DNA of 64,000 bases from a virus. The stretch lies in IMG/VR virus record IMGVR_UViG_3300035698_007036, positions 1 to 64,000 of that record. One strand, 5' to 3'. A model generated the notes under the pieces. That model saw only the letters and a program-made list of their open reading frames with translations, was not told the origin of the DNA and searched no databases. Positions 53,401-58,634 of the stretch are shown piece by piece. The translations under genes were made by a program, and so were the position numbers. Numbering within the stretch: position 1 is the stretch's first letter; each line of letters opens with the position of its first letter.

Positions 53401-56400
53401 GTCGAATGCTAGAGACGTTACACAGGAATACGGTAACGCTTTAAGGAAAATAGTTGATGTAAAAAATGTCATTAGGGAACTTAGTTCAGCTTTGGATCAG
53501 TTAAAGGTTTCCGATGCTATAAGAAATTTTCCAGGTACGAGAGAAATGAATGATAAATACTCTAAGCTTTATGGTGGTGGCCATCCAGGAGCTCGTACAG
53601 ATGTATCAGCCATGGAACAAAGAAATGCTGCTGAAGTAGGTATCAATTTAGAACATCTTAAATCTACACAGTATGAAAAACAATTAGCAGCTATTCTTCA
53701 TGATTTGAGCTCTGGCAATTTGTCTGGTGAGGCCTATAATCAAAAAGTAATGGAAGCCATGGATATTGTTACGACTAAGCCAGGTAGAGATGAGTCCAGT
53801 ATTAGACAGCGAGAAGAGAATGATGCCCTTAATAAGCAGAAGGATGTTTTCGTCAATTTAGTTTCAGCTTTAGAAAGATTGAAGCAATCTGGCCGATTTT
53901 CTGAAGGTGAGGTATATAATTTTAGCAAGGGTCAAGCTGCATTGACAGGTGTGATTACCAGGGCTGCTACCCCAGTAACTAAAGATGAGAGAATGACACA
54001 TGTTGAGAAGCAATATAATTGGTGGGAAAAGATACCTCTTTTTAGGGACCAATATATGGCCGATAGAAAAATTACAGAAGATGGTGGAGATAATCAGTAC
54101 ATAGGATACACTCAAAAAGATATGAAAGAAACGCAAGGACGCCTACAAGATGCCATGAAAGAAGTTCCAACCATGGATGTTATGCAAGCACGTGCTGGAA
54201 ATTCAGAGATTGTAGACGAACTTAAAAAGCAAACTACTTTAATGGAGAAAAAAGTTTTTGAAGAAAAACATAGTCTCATTAATAGTCTTTTGGGTTCATT
54301 GACTGTTGGTACACAGAAAAAAAGAGAAGGAGGCCGCATCTTTGGTGCTGGAGGTCCTACTGACGACAAGGTTCCTGCTTACTTAAGTCCTGGAGAGTAT
54401 GTAGTTAAAGCTAGTTCTGCTAAAAAGTTAGGCTACGCCACACTAGAAAACATAAATAGTACTGGGGATGTTCCTAAATTTGCAGAAGGTGGCTCTCCAG
54501 AGGAAAAACTTGCGGACAAAATTAAGCGTGCAAGAGCAGCCGAAAAAGAAAAGGCTCTTCCTTGGAATCAAAAAGGTAATGATAAAATTAAAGAGATTTA
54601 TACATTACCTATAAAAGATGAATCGGTTGTAGGTCTCGAAAGACTATTTTCTTCAGGGTTATCAAGCATCTATGAAACTTCCGCAAATGGGACCAAACTT
54701 GATCCTTATTTACCGGCTGGAATAACTCATGAGGAAGTCACTAATAGACAGACTTTTGAGGCTAATAGAGCAGTGGTGACAAAATTTACTAAAGCTGAAG
54801 ATGACAGACGACAATATGCGAAAAGAGCTAAAAATAAGAATAATATTGAGGATTGGAGAGATACTATCGAGCGTAGAATTCCAGGTGAATTGGCTGTATC
54901 TAACAAATTTTTAGATATACCTAGTGCTGGTTATGGCCAGTTTGGGGTAACAAAGGACCGTATTGGTACAGAAGTACAGATGCTTATTGATTATCAGAGA
55001 CAATTAGAAAAACTTAAAGAAAATAAAGATACTCTTGACAACGCTATAAAAAATAAATATGGCAAAGATGCTGGATTGGATCTCTCCACCAAGTTGTGGG
55101 GAGGTATTGATTCCAAAACTGAGGAACCTGTACCTGGTACTATAGCAGAACAAACAGCACGAATTGCTGTTGCGTTGAAGGGCTTTAAAGATGGCAATAT
55201 GGATTTTACTGATAAGGTTAATAGAAATTTGTTACAATCCATTGTAGAAACACAAAAACAAAATATAGCCCCAGCTGCCAAGTTTATGGATTCAGTTTCA
55301 AAGGGTAATAAATATAAAGACGTGTTTGGTGTCAATAAATGGAAAACATACGCGACCGTAAATCCGGCCCGTTTTAATGAAATAGATAAATTATTGGCCG
55401 AAGGGCACATTGACGAGGCAAAAAAAGAATTTGAAGTCTGGCAAAAAAAGTTTGAGAAAAATGGAGGGCCAAGTGCTGATGATATATCTAGTAAGTATTC
55501 CAAGAGAAATTATATAGGGGAGGACGAAGGGCAAGCTATACTTGATAGGATGAAAGAGATTGGGGGTTTAACCGGAGATCCTGAGAGCTACGGTAGAGAA
55601 AAATATGGACTTCGTAGAGTAGAGCCTAAGAAAAAGAAATCCTTATTTGATTTATTCGATCAACAATTTGTAGGGGCTCCGACATCTTCTAGAGTTTTTC
55701 ATGCTGGCGGTATTATGCCGTTTACGGGTAATGCGTTTTTACAGAAAGGCGAGGTAGTAATACCACAATCGTTTGGCGACGGTGGCCCTGTGGCATCTAG
55801 TGTTAAAGCTCTAATGTCTAGAGATTCTAATGAGCTTAAAGGCACTGCCACTGTCAAAATAGACGCCTCAGATTTCCAGAGAGCTGTTGATGATCTTACT
55901 TCCCATAAAATGGAATTAAGTAGGACTGAGGTTACAGTAAATACAGAAGGAGTCAAAATACCAGTCGATGCGGAAGGCATCACTGTAAAAGTTGATACTA
56001 CGGATGCTAGGGTAAAGGTTGACACTGAAGGTGCTTTTGTTAAGGTAGACACTACTGGTGCTATGGTAGGGGTTGATACTTCAGGGGAGAAAGTTGGTGT
56101 AGACACTACTGGTGCTATGGTAGGGGTTGATACTACCGGTGTGTTAGTTGGTGTTGATACTACCAATGCTACAATTAAAGTTGACACGACAGGTATTAGT
56201 GTCCCAGTAAATACCTCCGGTTCGAAGGTAGCGTTAGATGTTTCTGGTATTCAGGAAGCTGTTGAGACCGCTTTAAGAAACGCTAATGGGTCAAGTTCTG
56301 TTGGTGCTGAGGAAGTAGCTAGAGTGGCTGAAGCACTAGCTGATATCACTAATAGACTAGATTCTAAAATAGCCAATTTAGAAAACGATATGAGTAATGT

Positions 56401-56620
56401 AACTATGGTAAATATAGATAGGGAAACTTTAAGCCCTGTAGTTTCAGAGATAGTGGGAGCCGAGATTGATCGTGTGAAGATGGATATTGTAGCCAATACT
56501 CAAACTATATCATCTTTGGAATCAGACATACTTAGACAGTCAAGATACGTTGAGGTAAAGATGAGCCAAAAGGATGACGATATTAACGATCTTAAAAACT
56601 GGACAAGGAGCATGGCGTAA
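32489..56620 (+). CDS. Giant tape measure protein fused to a single-chain two-barrel RNA polymerase and a PD-(D/E)XK nuclease
   Basis: About 8,040 aa; GGAGGT SD at 32476-81 favours TTG 32489; tape-measure core from about 45670; RNAP and nuclease motifs listed in separate features. Confidence 0.88.
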   Translation: MGETYDVNLKTTVDRSSGAGSKSAGISPNDVKEFIKATKDNEKATKRLPKDIALAIAPILKGAFKQQGVSKDSSGQSIDALATKLASQIGRQLAKQLAIHAKAPAVTQKATATSNKSDKNTKALKDSIDKQTTKIVSAILKGISATSGKQKSIISPDFGKQIATEVANAVRKVMASNVSQAKESIDSGKLANVISKRVSSAIDKTSLKNTEPAKLIKFLAGQGQNGKDIVKVLEALQMEIKRQSKAGSLQMPKELVTGINQIKTALDKVANQKTTEQDGKSAKEITKAAGDLAKAVDKLTSVVGALESTAKKASAANRSVDKMATGLANSGQTVGRVVKPIKQKIEAKIDKINDTELRRSFKALLSDVEKTIAASYKLKITPEIEKLINLKKELEAKIRNIGIRSKVPVEVEVDTVSMDKQLKKTESNVLKFKKKIENIEIEGPTINFKAAASPKGDFSEVLKRVEKRIAEFTKQEEKEIVVKIDQQKGSVKGFQVQVESLNRVLDELNKKAQGSSPLSGFEANDINAVAKKIDDLTTKMRNATLESARLQAELADIQLDPITKSDAEKIVKPLVDAFNQIEVLSKKITGSLGKDVQTSFKDVKIRYSEGNIKEAQTSAKVLSKDLGAIGPTAQQVKSLVDDLDKTLGAAVKGASERYIKGANSVEKVMYVLTDAIMDYAGSVKSAPDLNKSADRLVRSIEDAADKFVSLGKQAAEAMKYVDKFEMPRYNTGAGRSTDLTAQTAKRFPPIGSEKIRAKELIKYTQTTIKPHYEGIQSAGTPGMASDKSQSMVEQRVRELSNSLAKLQEDMLKNLDRNLEGTFAKWKVVKDPGQTSKDYEKIFKVTGGANAKTAGKEWAVQIASAKNLREAIIDASKGLKTYSTSLEQQVRRMPVKKLVKLYEDSLVDLEVLATQGKPDVRRQKVASWIRSTPNVESKDWNLDDDEKTKFKEIRKTVSRKTGLKGSDILKEIEKSLKGYGDDSLAELYKKTYARSEAQRSIQEGYKKKGAGGVTVTEPLVRTLAVPAAKMDIQGNITFETASGAKRGVAEFATFRSGFEKMYEKLQSKGGSGYDIAGEYDKQVRSFAVKVPAGMNSQAKETAKKMILDLASKGGPEDFSFIIEQYNDAIVNKGVKLRKSNVITSDEELTKFVTEKSSSINNSFKDNPMALAKNIENVIDDYDRAGVTALDFVRSMDSIDFENVYDVYDKVLNGLTVGLQPLENLAKNPNYSSNIRDYEKAIRQVEQLMPVVEPGRPRRGAYQAGVTHVTSRTSDVFSGESRLTPEDQKKHITDINLRAKEMMEEAKTLRKLSEKMPETFKERKGQPPSRIKTLTSLGLPESTISAILERGKARGGDTNDFSKGTDYLKALGGTTVQMQTQPIHAMAPFGMQAGHRGRAGMGSITRSMSFDREINKTISDLKGTPVKGTVTDFPAVRTTEEQELIAGGRYGRSGYGFNAATEFKSVAGTHEDTIQVAGKIADALTSRIKTVMFPASGGRLGSPGAAGERESYVGDITPKMISDTSSEIVKVLGMSKNYEGRADQALIEEVNKTVSVVRGENVEVQAAKIAEVFLNHFGRKFMTRSGTKGVGITPTNLNEKDAKFQLKVGKKKGLGVYEDPKSMGELASVIMLKNRKELESSFFNKVGAGQGPKDSKEIRSEFEKTRKAILDSGNKFMIEALRNKDLGVATEGEANTNQALFTTFKDMMASPAINQQFTGNSVADISKLKDFYMKTGGDKASLTKMKPIEVRINSSSVGRRGLQSEVLEAVLGNVVGKAKHGSTVIESDIPNEQYQNLLTGGKDQSGQYKSGTLSKYSKALGYKKALDSTKDLESEISDIYGVDGLGRKVSEEASTLSELASSGAGSKVLGEQRAAVEKAKTALDEAEAKVAEAMNLEETSNFYSNVIDEFGKKRRGLISTQHFIQIAEEPGEQQDWKAGQVKDLKKGIKLNQLAYSAYGTIFGEQSAVIDEIRENLTDASQQNWEYIKALQYMSNDQSDATDKYKASLENALKSTGKQVKLGDLKSFTRSTGTLTGKRDDPSSLKNTIMDHEKYSTPFLVEIPKTNSPIDKLGKEFEDFYVPGPQARSVYPENLVAGEYGIDKVSRRIQHVINSAKQVEDFSKDPMGSIDQNEFINMVRQNLFELEQQAMGFERTINPQNAQFNIGELQGMFSKLSTLLSNDAAIPVSKGFKPEAFKNVKMTEQETMQRFIVERMKEVDRGDTYNSGINKGQIKTIQGAYVESIKRLVDMYVGVSPEVKQGYYKAEDVKMLIANDDLTSPLIEAMMKGEPEGIVEGLGTQAKYFKSNNVGQLKERVDKYLNWHGEKVNAYPAINRRLGDQVEPKKKKEEMKVIAGTLGIGDKLKKETLLKRAGTLEKAKVDYQNELAQMTLGKKGAVQETLFTRRIPAAYGKAVAATVDRTEEMKTFLVEMDSIYDELSTATRLNDVVTPNKATELAKTIDSAQKELEDIRVRHVERVDKARQGSNLPVLKQNELMIPEASARLLPAQFPKPYKFGKMGSVTEDKGTSETGKNFDELIKYRNRLESYIAKNPGSDIVKGMNEFMEKELIPYVESVRFPFTGISSVLPSKGRVTKKGDFRGIGDQTVIVPGAPEMSPEDFSNFQKQIEKIQTVRGSLSKTREGLLSKPGGSPQSPEVKSLTTTINRLDKAIDDVIPKYLAHQQKLDFDGDSLFVHTAKLKEARAEIKQHYETVIQTPSKDGMPASFLASHSGKFASDAIEPFVQNAVLADMKMGFDKKQGGKGEEFLRTPTFSEDLSYISTEKQLDFLKTRMGDYGDIIREALDAVQAPEGLSTEILKSVREISGKDGVTSGDVLTAIQGITSNKPASADAYVKAGLEKRTGEEKYKDFISAQTYKIHTGPEVESLTRMQRVIETYAGFGKEGLIGKGSESRARPEFEERWPSDMPGLFGPRGGVQEFNTMLNEMSRFGQQAGMDVKHAGANPVIQEIVSLLTKGGKEADKPYGGVDELLDKVSSGDKTLGGLQDIQDAINDAVDKRVGVLSTKQLRGQLSKLVTQRGDDPSAIGEMDRPELISTVKKQVGLEPFFKDMADIIYKEALSGIQQQLANMTPEAHDKTTTGFKGTDEQFAKDTLAQEMRGGGINIAKHITKALHPLYTYRTSGANLGSEQQKAVQRVGGVNSPDLQPGKLSEDRFNSMRKKAIQSQSVTANLSRDLQTAVQYAERGTYSELVYSGLESLHKQSKDVKKAASTFDDYKPTLGAVGDAGAAAELAKYGTLMNDFTDAQLTSSSVLTGEMAESIKGIITTGPTDITKSKDLNNMRDEIERLSKLAGVPRLSDVSENEIDNLTGIFGEFVDKNASPDIKNDEAQKTKLVNNLKEKTKALHQLQKVIDALRVRAVESEAILNLIPSNVDIGGVMVGAKSFDRPGPETIKDEGGNVVIKKAYERGIIGTSAPIDTDMLDQGQFRSSTSSPQFYSNRGPGTPGGGVPGECVRVTNCDGPLDVRVVDIASGVNIGTLASASERVGATLQDKMASNRIATEQFVQDLRKNASDLSGGKDEPWTHDKYVEETQGRYTTQQAYRASGLAGGTLEDKSESLSAQQAQVIKIIKEMTGVHQARGISEINDTPNEPTGGIADAKYAARTELGTLLHLKEQKQLVKDYGDRAVIEKTLKVNPNTSDSGIKEGLTGSMLSNYISGHVDAILKKEGAGGGIGEIDKFSDIESVIDFKTSGQNFMDALNSAGFKDTPEYTPEKMKALSDIPNGEFYVEKLENARHQVNVYLEGLRQMLGGTVEDFENVTGELSFINNMDSGDRIKVKFKFDEQAFENDMAAVRKARELISEYLANADKTLTPSQLHTKPEDIKYQGALRSAVGSGKVGKFAFKGAASPEYLRNAEEENMVRQKSGFSMVGDADLNRNIRNAQSFITGDLKPKAHGAAMEASTMAERAREETRKSGIDQTRSVRMQADKYGDQGALGNIDDEFSRAQRGPTNQRGVSAVFVALKAMHEQAILAQQDEGIDFEMDVSKLPESLGGLIDKVSQVGPDFGEYVSKVNELIDTGELKQYEINKSYKIYRIAMGNFYIKRAEAAKKQMEELYTQEKNTGEPAGSKQAYDRYRAIVEGLQKRIQGTIGQRTDIYTKDRRYFSPQLAKEAGTYLTPKDIMDKSSGPLGSNDKLKGMFESIIFDIDKKGSKGIDKGRNMARSPVEKVREAFKMMSKPKDKEGKELDIDLVSLLRDGERMKRVGSDLKEDWDFAGVVDNISRLRAALQMFVKNNISEDFKINEQQNLNEVIKLLKTLENNYVKFGKSIGKSKKEWGDMGLVKVPPILAPVDQESMHERNLQQTRKYFKRTEGEGGAKIGERFTYPVKVLGEAGQQIKNQQIHFYKYGEAIDYAGDKLGLFKEKQEDVMKFIQGGNRTMGSAIMRAVRWGAASSIVYGGWQKVMDSIDMMSDVETEIAQLRMVMSPLETDFDAMGKSAFGFAKQYGVPVKSVLKSMKVFAQQGLSQSDVIERTQTSTLASNVTTLEAKDATEALTATMKVFRNEIGSSAHALDAWSEVEAKHAITAGDMADAIKKSASAGKNAGFTFDQLNGIIASIGSTTRQTGKEVGTSLRFIFRRLASEKGPKELAKLGIPVLENSGELRKGFDILDDLSSQWDGLTRAQKMNVAQAVGGTRQYNQLLVLMDNWDEALSAIEDSTNSKGSAERRNLELMKTYSKQVEQVKAAASEAGVSLGKLVLPTFKAGLTGLKGFLEFVNNIPSGIKLTTAALSGLIIYFAKGADAIQGFLEYFRGGKSIISDFGRSLSDEWKLTQSEVFGSGEFASYDATLNVKKVKVKDLIDFKSMGNIDPESTKDLLGSNMGDFHSSVGKSLFLLKSVATEYNKWLAESFKDTSDTADKYLGKPLQRAGQVADKAGRSLISSGLKSIDKGGTFGAITGAATGALGAGASAIGKSSEFAGELEQTITKKFGRPAGRMFNEMAQNSKGFLSVITPLAVSLTAAGGAAYVMYKHYKNLAMSAQDYEKSIYGIRRANESELKTVKSRINEYSKLERSIEKASQVTAPGVKKKRQGLETYESPLTTMAGVISDVRDFSNRLGDTNTELVAGYDKFGNAVIRTSNNLKEYLKVLESTARKDMAKVEIDVAARFVTDLTKTGGTEKWKEELKALASEIPVIGEMVASGISVGPAKALETITGKLNDLIVLKNKFPMSNAFDKDIKKYQEQLSKVRSSFSATYEDFKRVLAGISTEGMSRDDVSKIFSSPEIRKGYELMIDIEPRFQLNAVKGKIKPEDIIGSDVLSRTLNFDFDVTKELTKARLESSSVMQREGKALSGDILLFMDDVASKYNMAGSQAQISLKETTDGVFEWFVTYFNTKTLRVEERPFEGAMMDMVENIFPKNKIEDELSERIDSLNEFMAGASAGLRGVNPKDFKKDFNLGERFFSEVPTTTLIQSDKGFTPGEGFGVSDFQKDWQKSAQDYFFTPMKDYKNQVEELQKLKLSGLEEAGSVSLSKELYENLTSLQNVLKNNQVVLQYRAVFADLTKTMEAGTRALKEELAVEKSRQQISKDTAGYMKGISSGLDNMDLGSQKYSDLSDKQRALRSSGTYRDLASRASEINIERQQTEKGVYDTDRALVALDSISDVSKGFGASMTAEEMKKYVDIIAKTDDAGAQSIAIETSKVVDNTAATVERLDKLIENQGGGRSTEDTIKKAIPFFTASFDDNDNIANTMENLAEMRDSAAAKGNTADVVSANRALDVVTKELVDKVGYEKAGKTVKGGILPSIWDPIKQFKPEEFSQRAFGGMSFDDFSTQIKSGMTEDQAKVFDNSKAVKELVSLQATAGTEPLIDSKNWIKTTAALGVGAQGFKSYATKELEQLRTQKTETVNAIETRSAEGKDVAQFEEKLTTLNDKIGGAEKREDYSNLVKNTAIVSAAIMELSKATGSTEGTIQTLGASAVAAAVAMKSLSAITGTDMPAEIKASADKMATAGKGFIDKNSATPVEKVEFMVNSKKFMDAFKKEMETQGFNVNASQFPGFADGGVMTGSGMVTGPGGPTDDRVPYVRAGKHVGNLSPKEFVIKEASARGKYAELNHLNKTGEFPDKKNSMWDNIKERPISSALLGLSGLSGMAGNMLKNPALLLAGMGGIASGTAAAALGYAEGGSLDDALFDTQFKLRALKKSVPHRLKGLGVDPLNRGKATMKSLALDDKLSNALFDAQSKARGLKSSMPHRLKGTGREALGRSKSAIETFRRGSDKIPNTMFDAQFKARGLKSSIPHKLKGMGLDAMAKAGQFGDKISDAMFDAQFKARGLKSSIPHKLKGMGLDAMAKAGQFGDKISDTMFDAQFKARGLKSSIPYGLKGLGRDALGRGKSAVEALKYGPTGEKISGALFDARSKARGLSKAMPHKFKGLGVDALKGIASKGAGKLAKGFGIKAGLKLAASVGSKFIPGLNVLSWGATIYDVVKMMSKAKPAVAAAKGLSLGGSPDSIMAMVSPGEWIVPADKVRGNLSKLKQLNKTGMLPGYADGGLVGGNTSPDAPSSSTEPSTIKVDLSDSSLKVLRTAVGAGAAATGAGYLASKSEAKTRLATASKEAEEQSRVFAKVIEDNSEAAQGVIDGMRTTSVESNRIINPVPTEERSRVLDTGAEKEKVASDMKKIRDRIVKEHERLNDEMAEIAKEASKIEIAEQFKREKENLDRTLKEIDLTSGIRANLEKATYQQDPTSFFSPPKKSDLLSGFYRPQTTDFGVTRESEMTPEQSMVYREISLFPGKMRSFFEAISVGDSSIQKKIRAYAGVSAGDAFKKLDDLKNKRQQVSDVSTDVQKRKAELESRKSDGLSSAESEELDKLNDSAEELQDTFTDLTGEIGTLQATIKKAITTETIRLANRSTAREDLAREGKFADRKYGRTGAVTKATTGFPGEVSTSQSYKELSVMQQVYLDMSNKQKKGYDAFYRGLEEIGHMESNLANAQGEKVKAIEEGDTDAVAKYGAQISDLKNKMSNARDVTQEYGNALRKIVDVKNVIRELSSALDQLKVSDAIRNFPGTREMNDKYSKLYGGGHPGARTDVSAMEQRNAAEVGINLEHLKSTQYEKQLAAILHDLSSGNLSGEAYNQKVMEAMDIVTTKPGRDESSIRQREENDALNKQKDVFVNLVSALERLKQSGRFSEGEVYNFSKGQAALTGVITRAATPVTKDERMTHVEKQYNWWEKIPLFRDQYMADRKITEDGGDNQYIGYTQKDMKETQGRLQDAMKEVPTMDVMQARAGNSEIVDELKKQTTLMEKKVFEEKHSLINSLLGSLTVGTQKKREGGRIFGAGGPTDDKVPAYLSPGEYVVKASSAKKLGYATLENINSTGDVPKFAEGGSPEEKLADKIKRARAAEKEKALPWNQKGNDKIKEIYTLPIKDESVVGLERLFSSGLSSIYETSANGTKLDPYLPAGITHEEVTNRQTFEANRAVVTKFTKAEDDRRQYAKRAKNKNNIEDWRDTIERRIPGELAVSNKFLDIPSAGYGQFGVTKDRIGTEVQMLIDYQRQLEKLKENKDTLDNAIKNKYGKDAGLDLSTKLWGGIDSKTEEPVPGTIAEQTARIAVALKGFKDGNMDFTDKVNRNLLQSIVETQKQNIAPAAKFMDSVSKGNKYKDVFGVNKWKTYATVNPARFNEIDKLLAEGHIDEAKKEFEVWQKKFEKNGGPSADDISSKYSKRNYIGEDEGQAILDRMKEIGGLTGDPESYGREKYGLRRVEPKKKKSLFDLFDQQFVGAPTSSRVFHAGGIMPFTGNAFLQKGEVVIPQSFGDGGPVASSVKALMSRDSNELKGTATVKIDASDFQRAVDDLTSHKMELSRTEVTVNTEGVKIPVDAEGITVKVDTTDARVKVDTEGAFVKVDTTGAMVGVDTSGEKVGVDTTGAMVGVDTTGVLVGVDTTNATIKVDTTGISVPVNTSGSKVALDVSGIQEAVETALRNANGSSSVGAEEVARVAEALADITNRLDSKIANLENDMSNVTMVNIDRETLSPVVSEIVGAEIDRVKMDIVANTQTISSLESDILRQSRYVEVKMSQKDDDINDLKNWTRSMA
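36250..41900 (+). other. RNA polymerase beta-beta' domain within the TMP (boundaries approximate)
   Basis: GTHED (36884-98), GRKFMTRSGTKG (37214-49), PIEVRINSSSVGRR (37721-), LGKKG..RR (39638-724), RFP (40208-16), DFDGD (40535-49), GQQAGMDVKHAG (41324-59). Confidence 0.88.
43150..43950 (+). other. PD-(D/E)XK RecB/Cas4-like nuclease domain within the TMP
   Basis: GTLLH (43355-69), SGHVDAI (D at 43517), VIDFKTS (43589-609), HQVNVY (43742-59). Confidence 0.78.
45671..46800 (+). other. Tape-measure core domain (TP901/SPbeta-like) within the TMP
   Basis: DVETEIAQLRMV, FAQQG, SNVTTL, GFTFDQL, TRQTGKEVGTSLRFIFRRL, GGTRQYNQLLVLMDNW, GSAERR, followed by hydrophobic helices. Confidence 0.85.
51188..51474 (+). 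repeat. Near-perfect 120-bp (40-aa) tandem repeat, about 2.4 copies, inside the TMP
   Basis: Units start at 51188, 51308 and 51428 with a single mismatch (51305 vs 51425); degenerate copies flank from about 50900 to 51660. Confidence 0.95.
55931..56248 (+). repeat. Twelve 9-aa V-x-V-D-T-x-G repeats near the TMP C-terminus
   Basis: VKVDTTDAR VKVDTEGAF VKVDTTGAM VGVDTSGEK VGVDTTGAM and so on. Confidence 0.9.
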
Positions 56621-58623
56621 TGGCTGAGCAATATATACAAAATAATTTCTGGAACACTTACGGGAGTACCACTAACTTATACACTGTTAGTTGTGAACAA
56701 GAAAATACTACAAGCGTAGCAGCAGATGTACTAAAATACTACGGTATAGAAGTTAGAAACGATGAGGTAGGTGGTAAATTACCTGATATAGATATACGAC
56801 ATATGAATGCTTTAGACCTAATCAAACTATCGCTCTTAGAAGCTTCCTGTGATGCTGAGGTTGGGAAGCCTTATGAGATGTTTATGGATTATGAAAACAA
56901 TCAAGCAGAATTTAGACAAGTAGGATATAACTCTGGAAATATATTTGATGTTTACTACACTATCCAGACATCTTCCTATAATGAATATTGTAGTGGTGTA
57001 ATGGTCACAGGAAGGGATCCTTTGCCTAGACGTAAGACTGAAGCAGATGGACTAGAATGGAGACCTATATGGGGCACTGATCCTGAACTTAGGCACATAT
57101 ATGATACAACTGATATGGTTAGCAATTGTAACAGATACGAATTTTTTCAACAATGTACTATAGCCTTTAGAGACCCCCATTTAAATACAGCATATGCTGA
57201 TGGTATTGATAATTTATACGAGACGCAAACTCCGTATGAGAAGATACAAGGTTACGTTATACAAAGAAATAGTAGCTCTCTCTATATGACTGCAGATGTC
57301 ACTATAGTAGACTCTAATAAGACACAGATACCTATTAAGCTAACCAATGATACTATAACGCCTGATATAGGTACGCTCTTTAAGCCAATTGCAGTTAGTA
57401 CCGACATGCTTGAGACTGACTGTTGGACAGAGTTGACAAGCGTACCATCAGAATTTGAACAAATAGGTGTAAAAGTAGAAATACCTGAAACATTTAGATT
57501 TACAACCAAATATGGACAAGTCGTAGATAATTTTGTTGATATTGTAAAAGTTTACGTTGTTGGTGTAAGATTGACTCAATGCCAGAGTTGGCCTAATGAG
57601 GACAAAGCCGGTATAGCTGATCCTTCAGCCAGTAATTCAGAGATTTGGATAAGCATGAATGACTTTAAGGCGGAGATATTTGGCATGCAACCAGGGGTAA
57701 ATTATGTGGTTGGGTATGACCCAAGCCCAAATGCACAATTCAAAACACCATATATAGTTTTTGCCGATGCTTCATATGATACTGATAAAGCTATATATGG
57801 CACAGGGTGTACGTGTAATATAAGGCCTACTTCACCGGTAGCCAGCTATACCGATGACTTACTTAATATAAAGAGGACTATACTACCTACTGGAGGCGGC
57901 GGAGGGATAATGGTTCACGATGTTTGGGCTATAGTAGAACTTAACTGTCCATCTATAACTATAACAGATCCGAAGGGACATGCCAAGGATGTAGCTGAAA
58001 ATCTGGATTATAATTTGTTTCCAGTAATAGTAGTAGATGAACCCCCACCAGTAGCTTTTAATGGTACAATAATAGACCAAACTGTGGGTATAAAAGACAA
58101 TGATCCTACTAAATCGCAGAATTTCACAGATACTCCTTATGAATTAGCTATGGACCAGATGGCTAAAGGTGGAGGTTTACAACTACATCTTTCTTTTTTA
58201 GAGGCTGAAGAGTGTAGGAAACTGTCGGTGTCTTTACATACTTATATGAATAGAGGAAATAATATAGAAACGGTATCTATCTGTGGGCCCAATTGTGAGC
58301 CTGTATTAGGTGGCTACGGTGCCCACGGTATAGTAAATAATATACAATATCAGTATAGTGATAGAGGGTCTTACACCATATCTGTTACGGAAGGTCCAGG
58401 TTTAATAGGGGATTTTGGAAGCTCTTCTACAGGTGTTAATTTAAAAGATGTAGAAAGCAAATCTTCACAAGCTACAGTTATAGATGATTTAGGTAACGGC
58501 GTGTATTTTAAAGTAAGGGTGGACGGCTTCGGTGATTTTGTAGCCTTCAATATGTCACAAGATGTAATAAGGGTTGGTGATGTTGTACAAGTTACTATTC
58601 ATAATATACCAATAGAGGATTAA
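56620..58623 (+). CDS. Tail tip/baseplate protein (putative hub)
   Basis: 667 aa coupled to the TMP stop (TAATG), beta-rich, C-terminal OB-like segment. Confidence 0.5.
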   Translation: MAEQYIQNNFWNTYGSTTNLYTVSCEQENTTSVAADVLKYYGIEVRNDEVGGKLPDIDIRHMNALDLIKLSLLEASCDAEVGKPYEMFMDYENNQAEFRQVGYNSGNIFDVYYTIQTSSYNEYCSGVMVTGRDPLPRRKTEADGLEWRPIWGTDPELRHIYDTTDMVSNCNRYEFFQQCTIAFRDPHLNTAYADGIDNLYETQTPYEKIQGYVIQRNSSSLYMTADVTIVDSNKTQIPIKLTNDTITPDIGTLFKPIAVSTDMLETDCWTELTSVPSEFEQIGVKVEIPETFRFTTKYGQVVDNFVDIVKVYVVGVRLTQCQSWPNEDKAGIADPSASNSEIWISMNDFKAEIFGMQPGVNYVVGYDPSPNAQFKTPYIVFADASYDTDKAIYGTGCTCNIRPTSPVASYTDDLLNIKRTILPTGGGGGIMVHDVWAIVELNCPSITITDPKGHAKDVAENLDYNLFPVIVVDEPPPVAFNGTIIDQTVGIKDNDPTKSQNFTDTPYELAMDQMAKGGGLQLHLSFLEAEECRKLSVSLHTYMNRGNNIETVSICGPNCEPVLGGYGAHGIVNNIQYQYSDRGSYTISVTEGPGLIGDFGSSSTGVNLKDVESKSSQATVIDDLGNGVYFKVRVDGFGDFVAFNMSQDVIRVGDVVQVTIHNIPIED

Positions 58624-58634
58624 AGGAGCAGAGT

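Noticed and set aside
32500-56496. Many minus-strand ORFs of 60-186 aa opposite the TMP and other genes
   Set aside because: Antisense shadows of long plus-strand genes, with Ser/Leu/Ile-rich composition and no recognisable motifs
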